From contig JAIYBT010000015.1 in assembly GCA_027488395.1 (NCBI GenBank), forward strand, positions 116,679 to 180,678: DNA of 64,000 nucleotides. Reading direction: 5' to 3'. The stretch comes from Methylophilaceae bacterium. Lineage in GTDB: Bacteria > Pseudomonadota > Gammaproteobacteria > Burkholderiales > Methylophilaceae. Shown piece by piece: positions 34,451 to 46,074 of this stretch (its first letter is position 1; each line of letters begins with the position of its first letter). Under the pieces are notes generated by a model. The model did not search any database, was not told the origin of the DNA, and was given only the letters and a program-made list of their open reading frames with translations. The translations under genes were made by a program, and so were the position numbers.

Positions 34451-36274
34451 ATGACCACGGCCCAGCAACTGCTTAAAAATATTTTTGGTTATGCGGCCTT
34501 TCGGCATCAGCAACAAGCCATTGTCGAGCATGTGATATCGGGTCAGGATGCGCTGGTGCTGATGCCCACAGGCGGCGGCAAATCCCTATGCTATCAAATC
34601 CCTGCCTTAGCACGACCCGGGCTTGCCATTGTGGTTTCGCCATTAATTGCCCTCATGCAAGACCAAGTCGAGGCTTTGCAACAATTAGGGGTGGAGGCGG
34701 CTTATCTTAACTCTAGCCTGAGTAGTGAAGACAATCAACGCATCACCCAACAAGCCTTGAGCGGGGTGCTAAAGTTGTTATATGTGGCGCCTGAGCGCTT
34801 GATGGCGGCCAGCTTTTTAGCGCTCTTAGACAGCGTGCATCAGCAGATAGGCTTAGCTTTATTTGCGATTGATGAGGCGCATTGTGTGTCGCAATGGGGG
34901 CACGATTTTCGGCCCGAATACCGCCAACTCACGGTGTTGCACCAACGTTATCCCGATGTGCCACGCATTGCGCTCACTGCCACCGCCGATGCGCCCACCC
35001 GCGGCGAAATTGTCAGCCAATTACACTTAGAACACGCTGCCCAATTTGTCTCTAGCTTTGATAGGCCCAATATCCGTTACTTAGTCGGCATTAAAAATAA
35101 TGCGCGCCAACAATTACTGGCTTTTTTAAGCCGTGAGCATGCCGGCGATGCTGGCATTATTTATTGTTTATCGCGCCGCAAAGTCGAAGAAACCGCGGCT
35201 TGGTTGGTAGAAAAAGGCTGGTCGGCCTTGCCCTACCATGCGGGTTTGCCCGCGCAGTTACGCGAGCTTCACCAACGGCGATTTTTGCGTGAAGAAGGCA
35301 TCATCATGGTGGCGACCATTGCTTTTGGCATGGGCATTGATAAACCGAATGTGCGCTTTGTCGCCCACCTTGATTTACCCAAAAGCATGGAGGGCTATTA
35401 CCAAGAAACCGGCCGCGCTGGGCGCGATGGGTTACCTGCCAATGCGTGGATGGTGTATGGCATGGGCGATGTGGTGTCGATGCGGCAAATGCTCGATAGC
35501 GGTGAAGCCTCCGAGGAACGCAAACGCTTAGAGCGTTTAAAACTGGATGCCTTGCTCGGTTATTGTGAATCCACCGGCTGCCGCCACCAAAGTATTTTGC
35601 GTTACTTTGGCGAAAGTCATCCTGGGGATTGTCAGCAATGTGATAACTGCTTGCATCCAGTCGATACTTGGCAAGCCACTGAGGTGGCGCAAATGGCGCT
35701 TTCTTGCGTTTACCGTACCGGCCAGCGTTTTGGCGTGGGGCATTTAATCGATGTCCTGATGGGTAAATCCACACCGCAAGTGCAGCGTTTTCAGCATGCA
35801 CAAGTCAGTACCTTTGGCATTGGCAAAGGGCTTAGCCTAGCGCAGTGGAGCAGCGTGTATCGTCAATTGATTGCAACCGGCTTGCTAGAGGCGGACATGA
35901 CGGCCTATGGTGGCCTGAAACTCACCGCCGCCGCGCGCCCAGTGCTCAAAGGCGAGCAAGCGGTGTGGTTACGCCGGGATGCCGAGCCTGCCAATAACAT
36001 CAGTAAAGCCGAACGTAGCGCCCGCGCAAAAGAGGCATTTGCCGGTGCCAACGACAACCCGTTATGGCAAGCACTCAAAGCCAAACGCTTAGCCCTCGCC
36101 AAAGCGCAAGGTGTGCCCCCCTATGTGATTTTTCATGACGCCACCTTGCTAGAAATTCACAATCGTAAGCCACAAACCTTAGACGAACTGGGGCAAATTA
36201 GCGGGATAGGGCAGGCAAAACTACAAAAATATGGCGATGCATTTTTAGAGGTGCTTGAGGAAATGGCTGAATAA
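34451..36274 (+). CDS. recQ: ATP-dependent DNA helicase RecQ
   Basis: [38 protein letters not shown], Zn-binding Cys cluster, RQC and HRDC-like C-terminus. Confidence 0.98.
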   Translation: MTTAQQLLKNIFGYAAFRHQQQAIVEHVISGQDALVLMPTGGGKSLCYQIPALARPGLAIVVSPLIALMQDQVEALQQLGVEAAYLNSSLSSEDNQRITQQALSGVLKLLYVAPERLMAASFLALLDSVHQQIGLALFAIDEAHCVSQWGHDFRPEYRQLTVLHQRYPDVPRIALTATADAPTRGEIVSQLHLEHAAQFVSSFDRPNIRYLVGIKNNARQQLLAFLSREHAGDAGIIYCLSRRKVEETAAWLVEKGWSALPYHAGLPAQLRELHQRRFLREEGIIMVATIAFGMGIDKPNVRFVAHLDLPKSMEGYYQETGRAGRDGLPANAWMVYGMGDVVSMRQMLDSGEASEERKRLERLKLDALLGYCESTGCRHQSILRYFGESHPGDCQQCDNCLHPVDTWQATEVAQMALSCVYRTGQRFGVGHLIDVLMGKSTPQVQRFQHAQVSTFGIGKGLSLAQWSSVYRQLIATGLLEADMTAYGGLKLTAAARPVLKGEQAVWLRRDAEPANNISKAERSARAKEAFAGANDNPLWQALKAKRLALAKAQGVPPYVIFHDATLLEIHNRKPQTLDELGQISGIGQAKLQKYGDAFLEVLEEMAE

Positions 36275-36421
36275 TGATTTGTAACAGATGCGTGGCTCTC
36301 AGCCTATGACTAAAACTGCTATGGTGACAATGGGTGTTGTGCTTGTGTTTACCAACACGGCGGTCGCATTAAACTTCAGTGATCAAGCAAATAGCACAAT
36401 ATTTAACGCTAAAATAGCGCC

Positions 36422-37630
36422 ATGATTCCTATCTACCCCGCCAATAGCCTAAAAGCCGCCCCTTTGCAGGGCGATGTGACTTTAACTGGCCTGACCAATC
36501 CGCCGCCGTTATCTTTGTATATTCACATTCCGTGGTGTGTGCGTAAATGCCCGTATTGCGATTTTAATTCGCATGAAGCGCGGTTAGAAATGCCAGAATC
36601 GGCCTATGTGGACGCTTTGATTGCCGATTTAGAGCAAGCCACCCCTTTGGTGTGGGGGCGCAAAATTCGCAGTGTCTTTTTTGGCGGCGGCACGCCAAGT
36701 TTGTTTTCAGCGCATGCCATCGACCGTATTTTAAGCCATGTCCGCATGCTCACGCCGCTAGAGTACGGTGCAGAAATCACGCTAGAAGCCAACCCGGGCA
36801 GCGTGGATGTTGCGCATTTTAAAGGCTACCGCGAAGCAGGGGTTAACCGCGTGTCGTTGGGTATTCAAAGTTTTCAGTTGCCGTATTTGCGCGCGCTGGG
36901 GCGGATTCATGACCGCGAACAAGCGTTGGCAGCGGCAGAGTTAGCGCTCAATACCTTTGAGCAAGTCAACTTAGATGTGATGTATGGCTTGCCCGAGCAA
37001 AGCTTGGAAGACGCACTGTTAGATGCCGAAACCGCCTGCGCCTTAAAGCCCGCGCATTTATCGTTTTACCATTTAACCTTAGAGCCCAACACGCCGTTTC
37101 ACCGTACACCACCGCCATTGCCAGATGACGACACCAGCGCGACCATGCAAGAAGACATTGAAGCGTGCCTTGCCCGCCACGGCTATCAACATTACGAGAC
37201 TTCAGGCTTTGCGCAGCCAGGCAAACAATGCGTGCATAACCTCAATTATTGGACGTTTGGGGATTATTTAGGCATCGGCGCGGGGGCGCATTCTAAGCTG
37301 AGTTTTCATGACAAAATCATTCGTCAAACACGGCATAAACACCCCAAACGTTATCTAGAGGCGGTGCCACAGGGGCAAGCGGTAGATCAAGAATGGCAGA
37401 TTGCACGTGAAGACTTGGCGTTTGAGTTTATGATGAATGCACTCAGACTCACCGATGGCGTGCCCGCCAATTTGTTTCAGCAGCGCACAGGCTTACCCTT
37501 GCGCCAGATCCAACAGCAATTAGCAAAAGCGCAAGCCGATGGCTTATTGCAAACTTCTTACGAAGTGTTAGCGCCCACTTTGCATGGGCAGCGCTTTTTA
37601 AATAGCTTGCTAGAACAGTTTTTGCCTTAA
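36422..37630 (+). CDS. hemW: Radical SAM heme chaperone HemW
   Basis: LYIHIPWCVRKCPYCDFNS, GGGTPS, HNLNYW, GAGAH. Confidence 0.95.
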   Translation: MIPIYPANSLKAAPLQGDVTLTGLTNPPPLSLYIHIPWCVRKCPYCDFNSHEARLEMPESAYVDALIADLEQATPLVWGRKIRSVFFGGGTPSLFSAHAIDRILSHVRMLTPLEYGAEITLEANPGSVDVAHFKGYREAGVNRVSLGIQSFQLPYLRALGRIHDREQALAAAELALNTFEQVNLDVMYGLPEQSLEDALLDAETACALKPAHLSFYHLTLEPNTPFHRTPPPLPDDDTSATMQEDIEACLARHGYQHYETSGFAQPGKQCVHNLNYWTFGDYLGIGAGAHSKLSFHDKIIRQTRHKHPKRYLEAVPQGQAVDQEWQIAREDLAFEFMMNALRLTDGVPANLFQQRTGLPLRQIQQQLAKAQADGLLQTSYEVLAPTLHGQRFLNSLLEQFLP

Positions 37631-38889
37631 GGGTTTAGGCGCGCACTGGCGCTTGGCCATGGCGCAACTTTGACCAGCATCAACAAGCCAGGGATGGCCA
37701 ATAAGGTACACACATAGAAAAACCGCTCCCAGCCAAAGTGCTCTACCATGGTGCCTGTCAGGGCATTAAACACGGAGCGCGGCACGGCAGACAAACTGGT
37801 AAAAAGCGCCAATTGCGTGGCTGTATACATGGGGTTGGTTTCGCGCGCCATATACGCTACATAAGCCACGGTGCCTAAGCCGACGCCAAACGCCTCTAAC
37901 CCAATCACCACCGCTAACAAACTGCGCGCACTCGCGCTAATCTCCACGAACGGCCCCATGTGCGCCAACCAAGCAAAGCCTAAAATCACTAAGGCTTGTA
38001 TCACGCCAAACACCCATAAACCGCGGGCGATGCCAAGCTTGAGCATCCATAAGCCGCCAATAAATGCCCCAGCAATTTGCATCAGCAAGCCACTGCCTTT
38101 GGCAATGGCACCGATATCGGTTTTGCTAAAGCCCATGTCTAAATAAAACGGGGTGGCGAGCGCGGTAGCCATGCTATCGCCTAATTTATAAAACAGAATA
38201 AACATTAAGACCCATGCCGCATGTTGCCAGCCACTACGCCCAATAAATTCTTTAAAGGGTTCGACGACGGAGGCGATCAGCGTTGATGGGGCGCGTTGAC
38301 TGGCTGGCTCTTGTGCCCATAAGGTAAAGCCAATGCCTGGCAACATAAACAAGCCGACGATGAAAAATACCTGTGCCCATGGCAAATGGTCAGCCAAAAT
38401 CAAGGCCAATGAACCGGGGACTAAGCCGGCAATGCGGTAGGCGTTGACATGAATGCTATTACCCAAGCCTAGCTCATCATCATGCAAAATCTCGCGACGA
38501 TAAGCGTCAATTACAATGTCTTGGCTGGCTGAAAATAAGGCAATCAGGGTGGAGAGCAGGGCGATCAAACCAATATCTAGCTTAGGATGAAATAATCCCA
38601 AGCTGACAATGCAGACAAACAGCGCCAATTGCATGGCTAATATCCAACTGCGACGGCGACCTAGTTGGGCCATTAAGCTGTAACGATCCATCAACGGCGC
38701 CCAGATAAATTTCCAAGTGTAGGGCAATTGCACAAAGGCAAACGCCGCAATAGTTTTAAGGGTTAAGCCTTCAGTGCGTAACCACGCGGGCAGTAACTGA
38801 AACAATAAATAGAGTGGTAAGCCAGAGCTAAAGCCGAGTGCCACACACATCAACATGCGGCGATTGAATAAAATGTTTGCGTGCATCAT
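37627..38889 (-). CDS. ampG: AmpG-family muropeptide MFS transporter
   Basis: LGFSSGLP, KFIWAPLMDR, GRRRSW, SASQDIVIDAYRRE, YKLGD. Confidence 0.93.
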   Translation of the reverse strand: MMHANILFNRRMLMCVALGFSSGLPLYLLFQLLPAWLRTEGLTLKTIAAFAFVQLPYTWKFIWAPLMDRYSLMAQLGRRRSWILAMQLALFVCIVSLGLFHPKLDIGLIALLSTLIALFSASQDIVIDAYRREILHDDELGLGNSIHVNAYRIAGLVPGSLALILADHLPWAQVFFIVGLFMLPGIGFTLWAQEPASQRAPSTLIASVVEPFKEFIGRSGWQHAAWVLMFILFYKLGDSMATALATPFYLDMGFSKTDIGAIAKGSGLLMQIAGAFIGGLWMLKLGIARGLWVFGVIQALVILGFAWLAHMGPFVEISASARSLLAVVIGLEAFGVGLGTVAYVAYMARETNPMYTATQLALFTSLSAVPRSVFNALTGTMVEHFGWERFFYVCTLLAIPGLLMLVKVAPWPSASARLNP

Positions 38890-39079
38890 CTGGGCATTGT
38901 AAACGTTTTTCGCGCTGCAGTTAGACCGGTTGTACAGCCATGAGTGGGTGTTTCAAGCGGTTTGGAGCATGTGCAACTATGAATGTGTAGACACAATTTG
39001 AGGTAGCGTTTGATTGGTCCCGCATGCCGCATGAGGTGATTACATGGCAATGGTGCGCGCTAGACTTTTCACTGGAGCA

Positions 39080-39688
39080 TCATGCGTTGCGTAGCCGATA
39101 CATGGCTAAATTGCCCATCAAGTTAGGCATAAAATGAATGTCTTGGCCTTCGGTAATGACTTTGCGTTCCATCACTTCGATGTTGTGCTGTTTGCAAAAG
39201 AGGTCAAAATCGTGGATGGTACATAAGTGCACATTGGGTGTGTCAAACCATTGATAGGGCAAGCTTTTTGAGACAGGCATATTGCCGCGGGAAATTTGAA
39301 TACGATTGCGCCAATAGCCAAAATTAGGGAAGGTCACAATCGCCTCGCGACCGACGCGCAGCATTTCTTGTACGATGGTTTCAGTGTTGTGCATGGCTTG
39401 CAACGTTTGCGACAAAATCACCGTTTCAAACGATTGATTCTGAAAGCCAGACAGCCCTTCCTCAAGGTTCATTTGAATCACATCGACACCGTTTTTAAGT
39501 GCAGCCAACCAGTTGTTATCGTCTTTTTCGATACCGTAACCCGTGGTATGCAACACATCGCGCAAATGGGTGAGCAAGGTGCCATCGCCGCAACCTAAGT
39601 CAAGCACCTTAGCGTTGCGCCGTACCCAATTGGTAATTAATGCAAAGTCTGGACGTTCACTGGTAATATTTACAATATTTTCGATCAT
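39080..39688 (-). CDS. metW: Methionine biosynthesis protein MetW
   Basis: [31 protein letters not shown]; follows metX. Confidence 0.95.
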   Translation of the reverse strand: MIENIVNITSERPDFALITNWVRRNAKVLDLGCGDGTLLTHLRDVLHTTGYGIEKDDNNWLAALKNGVDVIQMNLEEGLSGFQNQSFETVILSQTLQAMHNTETIVQEMLRVGREAIVTFPNFGYWRNRIQISRGNMPVSKSLPYQWFDTPNVHLCTIHDFDLFCKQHNIEVMERKVITEGQDIHFMPNLMGNLAMYRLRNA

Positions 39689-40812
39689 ACTTTCACCTGA
39701 GCCAAGTAAGCGCGCATGATGGCGTGGTAGTGTGGGTCGGGCATTAAAAACGCATCGTGGCCGTGTTCGGCGGTGACCTCGGCGTATTTCACTGGATGCG
39801 CGTTATCGAGCAAGGCTTGCACAATCTCGCGCGAACGCGCGGGCGAAAAGCGCCAATCGCTGGTAAACGAAATCACCACAAATTTTGCAATTGCTGTTTT
39901 GAGCGCAGCGCTTAAACTGCCACCAAAGGCCGCCGCTGGGTCAAAATAATCGAGCGCGCGCGTCATGCGTAAATAGGTGTTGGCATCAAATTCGCCAGCA
40001 AATTTATCGCCTTGGTAGCGCAAGTATGATTCCATTTCAAACTCAACATCAAAGCCATAACGCACTGCACCATGGCGTAACTTACGGCCAAATTTTTCAC
40101 CCATGGCATCATCTGACAAATAAGTGATATGCCCCAGCATGCGGGCAATCCGTAGCCCGCGGCGGGGTAGGGTGCCGTGGTTGTAATAATCCCCATCAAA
40201 AAATTCGGGGTCGGTAATAATGGCTTGGCGGGCCACTTCATTAAAGGCAATGTTTTGCGCGGTGAGGTTGGGGGCCGAGGCAATCACAAACGCATGCCGC
40301 ACGCGGGTGGGGTAGGCAATGTTCCATTGCAAGGCTTGCATGCCGCCTAGGCTGCCGCCAATCACTGCCGCCAATTGCGAAATGCCTAAGTAATCTAACA
40401 AACGCGCTTGTGATTCAACCCAGTCCTCTACGGTCACAATCGGAAAGCTTGCGCTATAGGGCCGGTCTGTCAGTGGGTTGACGCTAGACGGGCCAGAGCT
40501 GCCATGACAGCCACCTAAATTATTCACACCAATCACAAAAAACTTATTGGTATCCAGCGGTTTACCCGGGCCAATTAAGTTATCCCACCAGCCTGGATGC
40601 TTGTCTTGCGGGCTATAACGCCCCGCTACATGGTGATTGCCAGACAAGGCATGGCAAACCAATACCGCATTTGAGCGACTGCCATTGAGCGTGCCGTATG
40701 TTTCGTAGGCGAGATGGTATTGCGGTAACACCGCACCACTTTTGAGGGTGAGCGGGGTATGAAAATGAGCGACTTGTGCGCTGACAAGCCCGACAGAGTT
40801 GGTTTCAGACAT
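39685..40812 (-). CDS. metX: Homoserine O-acyl (succinyl/acetyl) transferase MetX
   Basis: HALSG, GGCHGS, nucleophile GGSLGG, FDANTY, HGHDAFL. Confidence 0.96.
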   Translation of the reverse strand: MSETNSVGLVSAQVAHFHTPLTLKSGAVLPQYHLAYETYGTLNGSRSNAVLVCHALSGNHHVAGRYSPQDKHPGWWDNLIGPGKPLDTNKFFVIGVNNLGGCHGSSGPSSVNPLTDRPYSASFPIVTVEDWVESQARLLDYLGISQLAAVIGGSLGGMQALQWNIAYPTRVRHAFVIASAPNLTAQNIAFNEVARQAIITDPEFFDGDYYNHGTLPRRGLRIARMLGHITYLSDDAMGEKFGRKLRHGAVRYGFDVEFEMESYLRYQGDKFAGEFDANTYLRMTRALDYFDPAAAFGGSLSAALKTAIAKFVVISFTSDWRFSPARSREIVQALLDNAHPVKYAEVTAEHGHDAFLMPDPHYHAIMRAYLAQVKV

Positions 40813-40925
40813 GCGCTAATTATACTATTGTTAAGCGCGATTGTTGCCCAAGCCGCCACTGCATCTTAAGCGCAACCTTGTAGAACATCGCAAATAAGGT
40901 ATTTACACCGTTTACCCCACTCACA

Positions 40926-41741
40926 TTAACGTGCGTTGACCACCTGTGCTGCTTGCAGGCTCGCCAGCCCCAGCAAAGCGGGGAGCGCTGCCACTGAGTC
41001 AATGGTTGCATCGGGCCTAACGGCAGATAACTTGGTATAGGTTTCACGGTATTTACCTGTTTTCACCAGTACACCGTGTAAACCAGCCGCTTGCGCCCCG
41101 CCAATATCCGCATCAATATCGTCGCCCACCATCAGCACTTCATGTGGTTTTAAACGCATGGCTGCAATGGCCATATTAAAAAAATGTGCAGAAGGTTTAC
41201 CCATCAACATGGCTTTGGTATTGCTGGCATATTCCAGCCCCGTCACAAATGCGCCGATATCCATTTGCAAGCCATATTCGGTTTGCCAAAAACGGTTTTT
41301 ATGAATCGCAATTAATTGCGCGCCGTTCACCAAGCAGGTAAACACCTCGTTGAGTAACGCATACGACCAGCGCTCACCAATATCGCCAATGACCACATAA
41401 TTGGCGGCAGTGTCTGCTTGATCAAAACAGGAAAAATCTTGCTTCACATCATCAGCCAGCAACAACTTACAAACGGGGTTGGCTTGCTGTTTAAGGTAGT
41501 GAATGGTCGCTTGTGGTGCGCTCATCACTTCTTCGGGCACCACATTTAAGCCCAACGCATTGAGTTTTTGTTGCAAGGCGCTCAACGAGAGCGTGCTGGT
41601 ATTGGTGACAAAACGGATGGCAATCCCCGCTTGGCGAAGCTGCTGCACGGTTTCAATGGCACCTGGCAGCACTTGGTTGCCGACGTGGAGCACGCCATCG
41701 AGGTCAAATAATACCGCTTTGATAGGGTTAAACGCTTGCAT
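40926..41741 (-). CDS. HAD-IIA hydrolase, LHPP/HDHD2-like
   Basis: FDLDGVL, FVTNT, GKPS, MVGDDIDADIGGA, VKTGKYR; likely start ATG 41741. Confidence 0.88.
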   Translation of the reverse strand: MQAFNPIKAVLFDLDGVLHVGNQVLPGAIETVQQLRQAGIAIRFVTNTSTLSLSALQQKLNALGLNVVPEEVMSAPQATIHYLKQQANPVCKLLLADDVKQDFSCFDQADTAANYVVIGDIGERWSYALLNEVFTCLVNGAQLIAIHKNRFWQTEYGLQMDIGAFVTGLEYASNTKAMLMGKPSAHFFNMAIAAMRLKPHEVLMVGDDIDADIGGAQAAGLHGVLVKTGKYRETYTKLSAVRPDATIDSVAALPALLGLASLQAAQVVNAR

Positions 41742-41798
41742 ACCTGCCTCATCAATAAAAGGGATAGGCTTTAACCTAAGCAAAAATCATACAGAGTC

Positions 41799-42674
41799 TC
41801 AAGCTTGCCATTGACCCAAGGTCACGCGGTCGTGGTTGGCTAAATCTTGCAAGGTGCTGACTGCTTTAAAACCTGCGGTATTCATTAAGGTTTGCACAGC
41901 CTGTGCTTGTTGAAAGCCATGCTCTATCATTAACCACCCATTTGCTAATAATTGTTTGCTGGCCTCTGCCACAATGCGGCGAATATCGTCTAGTCCATCT
42001 ATCCCTGAAGCCAGCGCCGTGAACGGCTCAAAGCGCACATCGCCTTGGTGTAAATGTGGGTCGGTGGCGGCAATATAGGGCGGGTTGCTGACAATCAGAT
42101 CAAATTGTTCACTGTGGACTGCGCTAAACCAATCGCTTTGTACAAAGTGAATATGTTGAATATTGAGATTGCGCGCATTCTCTTGCGCCACTGCCAACGC
42201 GCTGTTAGAAAAATCCACTGCGGTGACCTGCGTATTGGGGGCCTGTTTGGCGATGGCTAAGGCAATTGCGCCGGTGCCGGTGCCTAGGTCTAAAATATTG
42301 AGGCGGGGTTGCCCGCGATGCTGCATGTGCCCATTTTCCTGCGCCATTATCTTTGCCAGCGCAGCCTCGACCAAAATCTCACTATCTGGCCGCGGAATTA
42401 AAGTGTCTGGCGTGACTTTAAGCCTTAACCCAAAAAATTCGCGCTCACCCAAAATATGTGCAATTGGCTCGCCCGCGACACGACGTGCACACAGCGCTTG
42501 ATAGCGGTGAATCAGGTCTGGTGCTACCGTTTCATTATCGTGCGCAATCAACCACGCGCGGTTTACTGTTAGCACCTGCATCAACAGCATTTGCGCTTCG
42601 ATACTGGCCTCACTGATCGGAACCGCAAGCGCAAACTGTTGCTTTGCAACGGCGAGTAACTCACGCACAGTCAT
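41799..42674 (-). CDS. prmC: Release factor glutamine methyltransferase PrmC (HemK)
   Basis: GEPIAHILG, LIPRPDSE, LDLGTGTGAIA, SNPPY; likely start ATG 42674 overlapping the upstream stop. Confidence 0.96.
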   Translation of the reverse strand: MTVRELLAVAKQQFALAVPISEASIEAQMLLMQVLTVNRAWLIAHDNETVAPDLIHRYQALCARRVAGEPIAHILGEREFFGLRLKVTPDTLIPRPDSEILVEAALAKIMAQENGHMQHRGQPRLNILDLGTGTGAIALAIAKQAPNTQVTAVDFSNSALAVAQENARNLNIQHIHFVQSDWFSAVHSEQFDLIVSNPPYIAATDPHLHQGDVRFEPFTALASGIDGLDDIRRIVAEASKQLLANGWLMIEHGFQQAQAVQTLMNTAGFKAVSTLQDLANHDRVTLGQWQA

Positions 42675-43522
42675 CGTTGACTCCCTGCCGCACGGCGTAG
42701 TTGGGTCGCCACTGCATTGCCTTGTTTCACTGGGTGTCGCAGCGCATGGCGAATCACCCATTTCAAGTCTTTATCTGCATGGGTGAGCCAGCGCTCACAT
42801 AGCGTAAACGCAACTGCTGGATGGTCTTTGGCAATATCGCCAACATGATTGGCCACACTGCGTCGCACATATAAGCTGGCGTCATTTTTGAGCGCCTCCA
42901 AGATCGGCAGCACTGGAGTAGGGTCTTTGATTAACTGTGGAATATGTGCCCCCCATGGTAAGCGTGGACGGCAGCCCTCGACACATAAACGTCGAACGTG
43001 CGGGTCGGGGTCGGCGAGCCATTGTTTCAGCTGGTTAAGCGTGCGTTCAAAATCATGGATCAAAAAAGGTCGCATCGAAAACTCAGCGGTAAAGCGCCGG
43101 GTAAGTTCGTATTGCGCGTGCATGGCCACCGCAAACGGATCTTCACCTGCATTGTGTTGCGCATCGCGCCCATAGTCTGCAATAAAACGCGTGTGCGGTA
43201 GATAGAAAAACACACTTAACCCTAAGCGCTCAGTGCGCTGATTGGGTGGGGTGAGGGTGTGCAGCAAAATGTCAGTTGCCTGTGCAAAGTTGGCTGGTAA
43301 GGTAGCTTTTAAGGCCTTCGCGATATGGGCTGCGCGGTCCATGATGCCGAGTGGCGCAAGGTCAGTCAGCGCTAATTCACTGAAAGCTGATTGATCAAAT
43401 GCGGGGTATACCAATGCAATATTGTGCGCTAAACAGGTGACTGCCTCCACATCGAGCACCGTTTTCAGCGGCTGTCCTTGTTGAATCGAAGCAGGCGCGG
43501 TGGGGAGTTTGAACAAAATCAT
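42671..43522 (-). CDS. alkC: HEAT-repeat DNA alkylation repair glycosylase (AlkC-like)
   Basis: ELTRRFTAEFSMRPF, HVRRLCVEGCRPRLPW, YVRRSVANHVGDIAK. Confidence 0.8.
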   Translation of the reverse strand: MILFKLPTAPASIQQGQPLKTVLDVEAVTCLAHNIALVYPAFDQSAFSELALTDLAPLGIMDRAAHIAKALKATLPANFAQATDILLHTLTPPNQRTERLGLSVFFYLPHTRFIADYGRDAQHNAGEDPFAVAMHAQYELTRRFTAEFSMRPFLIHDFERTLNQLKQWLADPDPHVRRLCVEGCRPRLPWGAHIPQLIKDPTPVLPILEALKNDASLYVRRSVANHVGDIAKDHPAVAFTLCERWLTHADKDLKWVIRHALRHPVKQGNAVATQLRRAAGSQR

Positions 43523-43655
43523 GCAGTCATCAACACGCTAGAAACATTCAATACTAAATGTATACATGACTGAATGCACCATTTGATTCACTCAGTACGC
43601 GTGGCGAAGGTGACGCATTTAAAGTGGCTAATCACATGCATGACACTGCAAGCCA

Positions 43656-44741
43656 TTAGCCTTGATCATCCCCTAAACTCGCCAACAAATCAGCCTGATA
43701 TTCCGTGGCGAGCGCATTGACTAACTCATCCATATCACCTTCGGTAATCGCGTCAATTTTATACAGCGTTAAATTAATGCGGTGATCGGTAATGCGGCCT
43801 TGTGGATAATTGTAGGTGCGGATACGTTCACTGCGGTCACCCGAGCCAATTAAATTGCGGCGCTCCGAGGCGATTTTGCTATTTTGTTCGTCGACTTGTT
43901 TGGCTTTAATACGTGCCGCCAATACCATCATCGCTTGCGCTTTATTGGCGTGTTGGCTGCGGCCGTCTTGGCACTCCACCACAATACCGGTGGGGGCGTG
44001 CGTGATGCGCACGGCAGAATCAGTTTTGTTAATATGTTGACCGCCAGCACCACTGGCGCGGAAAGTATCAATCCGAATATCGGCGGGGTTAATTTCGACG
44101 TCACCTACCTCGGCCACTTCGGGCAAAATGGCCACGGTACAGGCGGAAGTGTGGATACGGCCTTGGGTTTCGGTATCGGGCACGCGTTGCACGCGGTGGC
44201 CGCCGGATTCAAATTTCATTTTAGAATAGGCGCCAAAGCCAATGATTTTGGCGATGATTTCTTTATAGCCGCCGACTTCGCCTTCATTGGCCGACACCAC
44301 TTCGACTTTCCAGCCTTGGCGTTCGGCATAGCGTGAGTACATGCGGAATAAATCGCCTGCAAACAAACCAGATTCATCGCCACCTGTCCCCGCGCGCACC
44401 TCTAAGAAAATATTTTTTTCGTCGTTGGGGTCTTTAGGTAACAGCAGTTTTTGTAGATGCAGCGCGACTTCTTCGAGACGTTTTTTGCCAACGTCGATTT
44501 CTTCTTGTGCAAACGCCTTCATTTCTGGGTCGGCGAGCATGGCATGCGCTTCTTTAATATCTGACTCGGTTTGGGCATAGATGTGATATTGCTCAACAAT
44601 CGGCGTAATTTCCGTATGCTCTTGCATGATTTTGCGGTAATTATCCATGTTGTCAGTGACGCCTTCACTGCTTAACAGGCGATTGAGTTCTTCGAGGCGC
44701 TCGCTTAAGTTAGCGAGCTTTTGCAACATACTTGGTTTCAT
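43656..44741 (-). CDS. prfA: Peptide chain release factor 1
   Basis: GGQ motif ([10 protein letters not shown]), [16 protein letters not shown]; likely start ATG 44741. Confidence 0.98.
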   Translation of the reverse strand: MKPSMLQKLANLSERLEELNRLLSSEGVTDNMDNYRKIMQEHTEITPIVEQYHIYAQTESDIKEAHAMLADPEMKAFAQEEIDVGKKRLEEVALHLQKLLLPKDPNDEKNIFLEVRAGTGGDESGLFAGDLFRMYSRYAERQGWKVEVVSANEGEVGGYKEIIAKIIGFGAYSKMKFESGGHRVQRVPDTETQGRIHTSACTVAILPEVAEVGDVEINPADIRIDTFRASGAGGQHINKTDSAVRITHAPTGIVVECQDGRSQHANKAQAMMVLAARIKAKQVDEQNSKIASERRNLIGSGDRSERIRTYNYPQGRITDHRINLTLYKIDAITEGDMDELVNALATEYQADLLASLGDDQG

Positions 44742-44814
44742 ATCGGGCCTAAATTTTACGCATGTATTTGTGATGGGTTGATGCGCGTTTTCACACATGC
44801 AACCAGCGTTTATT

Positions 44815-46074
44815 TTATTCTTTTAATCCAAACAATTGTTTAACGAGGTGTTCAAGATGGGTATGCGCCTCGCCTTGGCTATGATTCAGCGCGTGGCTAG
44901 GGCCATGTAAAAATTTATTGGTGAGGGCCACACTCATTTGTTCTAGCACCTTTTCAGGGGATTCACCTTTTTGGATCAGTTTGAGTGCTTTTTCGAGTTC
45001 CGTTTGACGCACGCTATCGACCTGATCGCGCAGGGCCTTAATGGTCGGAACCGCCTGCCGTGTATTGACCCAATGCATAAAGTGGGCGACACGGTCATTG
45101 ACGATTTGCTCTGCATTGATGGCCGCCTCTTGGCGATTACCTAGCCCTTCAGTCACCACTTGTGCTAAATCATCTACCGTATACAAAAATACATCATCTA
45201 ACTTGGCCACTTCTGGCTCAATGTCCCGCGGCACCGCCAAATCCACCATAAACATGGGCCGATGTTTGCGGCTTTTAACCGCGCGTTCCACCATGCCTAA
45301 GCCCACAATCGGTAATTGGCTTGCGGTGCTGGTGATCACAATATCAAAGGTGTGAAAGCAGTTTGGCAGATCGTTGAGTAAGATGGCGTCAACATTTAAA
45401 CCCTGCGCGCGGATTTTTTCTGCCAGTTGCTCACCCCGCGCGAGCGTTCGGTTTGCCACCGTGATTTTTTGCGGCCGTTGTGCGGCAAAGTGATCTGCAC
45501 ACAATTCGATCATTTCACCTGCGCCAATCAACAACACCGTTTGCTGATTGATATTGCCAAAAATACGTTGCGCGAGTTTGACCGCCGCCGCTGCCATTGA
45601 AATGGAGCTGCCGCCGATATCTGTGTTGGTGCGCACTTCTTTAGCCACTTCAAAGGTGCGCTGAAATAATTTATGCAGCAACGTGCCTAGGGTGCCTGTG
45701 TCTTGCGCAATTTTTACCGACTGCTTAAATTGGCCTAAGATCTGCGCTTCGCCGAGCACCATGCTATCCAAGCCACTTGCGACTCTAAAGGCATGCTTTA
45801 CGGCTTCGTCACTGCTGAGGGTGTAGGTATAGGGTAATAATTGCGCTGGGTTTAACTGGTGGTATTGCGCCAACCACTCAACGACCAGTTCTGGTCGGAT
45901 GGTGTGTACATAGATCTCAGTACGGTTACATGTCGATAAAATCGCGGCTTCGGCTACCTGTTGTCGACTGAGATCAGCCAAGGCTTGTGGCAACAACTCG
46001 GCGTTAAATGCGACATTCTCACGAATATCAATCGGGGCGGTGGTATGGTTCACACCAATCGTAAACAGTTGCAT
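44815..46074 (-). CDS. hemA: Glutamyl-tRNA reductase
   Basis: [37 protein letters not shown]. Confidence 0.98.
   Translation of the reverse strand: MQLFTIGVNHTTAPIDIRENVAFNAELLPQALADLSRQQVAEAAILSTCNRTEIYVHTIRPELVVEWLAQYHQLNPAQLLPYTYTLSSDEAVKHAFRVASGLDSMVLGEAQILGQFKQSVKIAQDTGTLGTLLHKLFQRTFEVAKEVRTNTDIGGSSISMAAAAVKLAQRIFGNINQQTVLLIGAGEMIELCADHFAAQRPQKITVANRTLARGEQLAEKIRAQGLNVDAILLNDLPNCFHTFDIVITSTASQLPIVGLGMVERAVKSRKHRPMFMVDLAVPRDIEPEVAKLDDVFLYTVDDLAQVVTEGLGNRQEAAINAEQIVNDRVAHFMHWVNTRQAVPTIKALRDQVDSVRQTELEKALKLIQKGESPEKVLEQMSVALTNKFLHGPSHALNHSQGEAHTHLEHLVKQLFGLKE

Noticed and set aside
35304-35801. 165-aa antisense ORF inside recQ (also 39963-40283, 43884-44336, 51964-52467, 60631-61077)
   Set aside because: Antisense or alternative-frame shadows of well-supported genes, with no recognisable domain.
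38890-39079. 48-codon Cys/His-containing minus-strand ORF between metW and ampG
   Set aside because: No RBS, it overlaps ampG's own -10 element, and the composition is unremarkable.
40813-40925. Possible SAM or SAH riboswitch upstream of metX
   Set aside because: No recognisable riboswitch consensus; the -10 element 6 nt from the ATG leaves no room for a leader.
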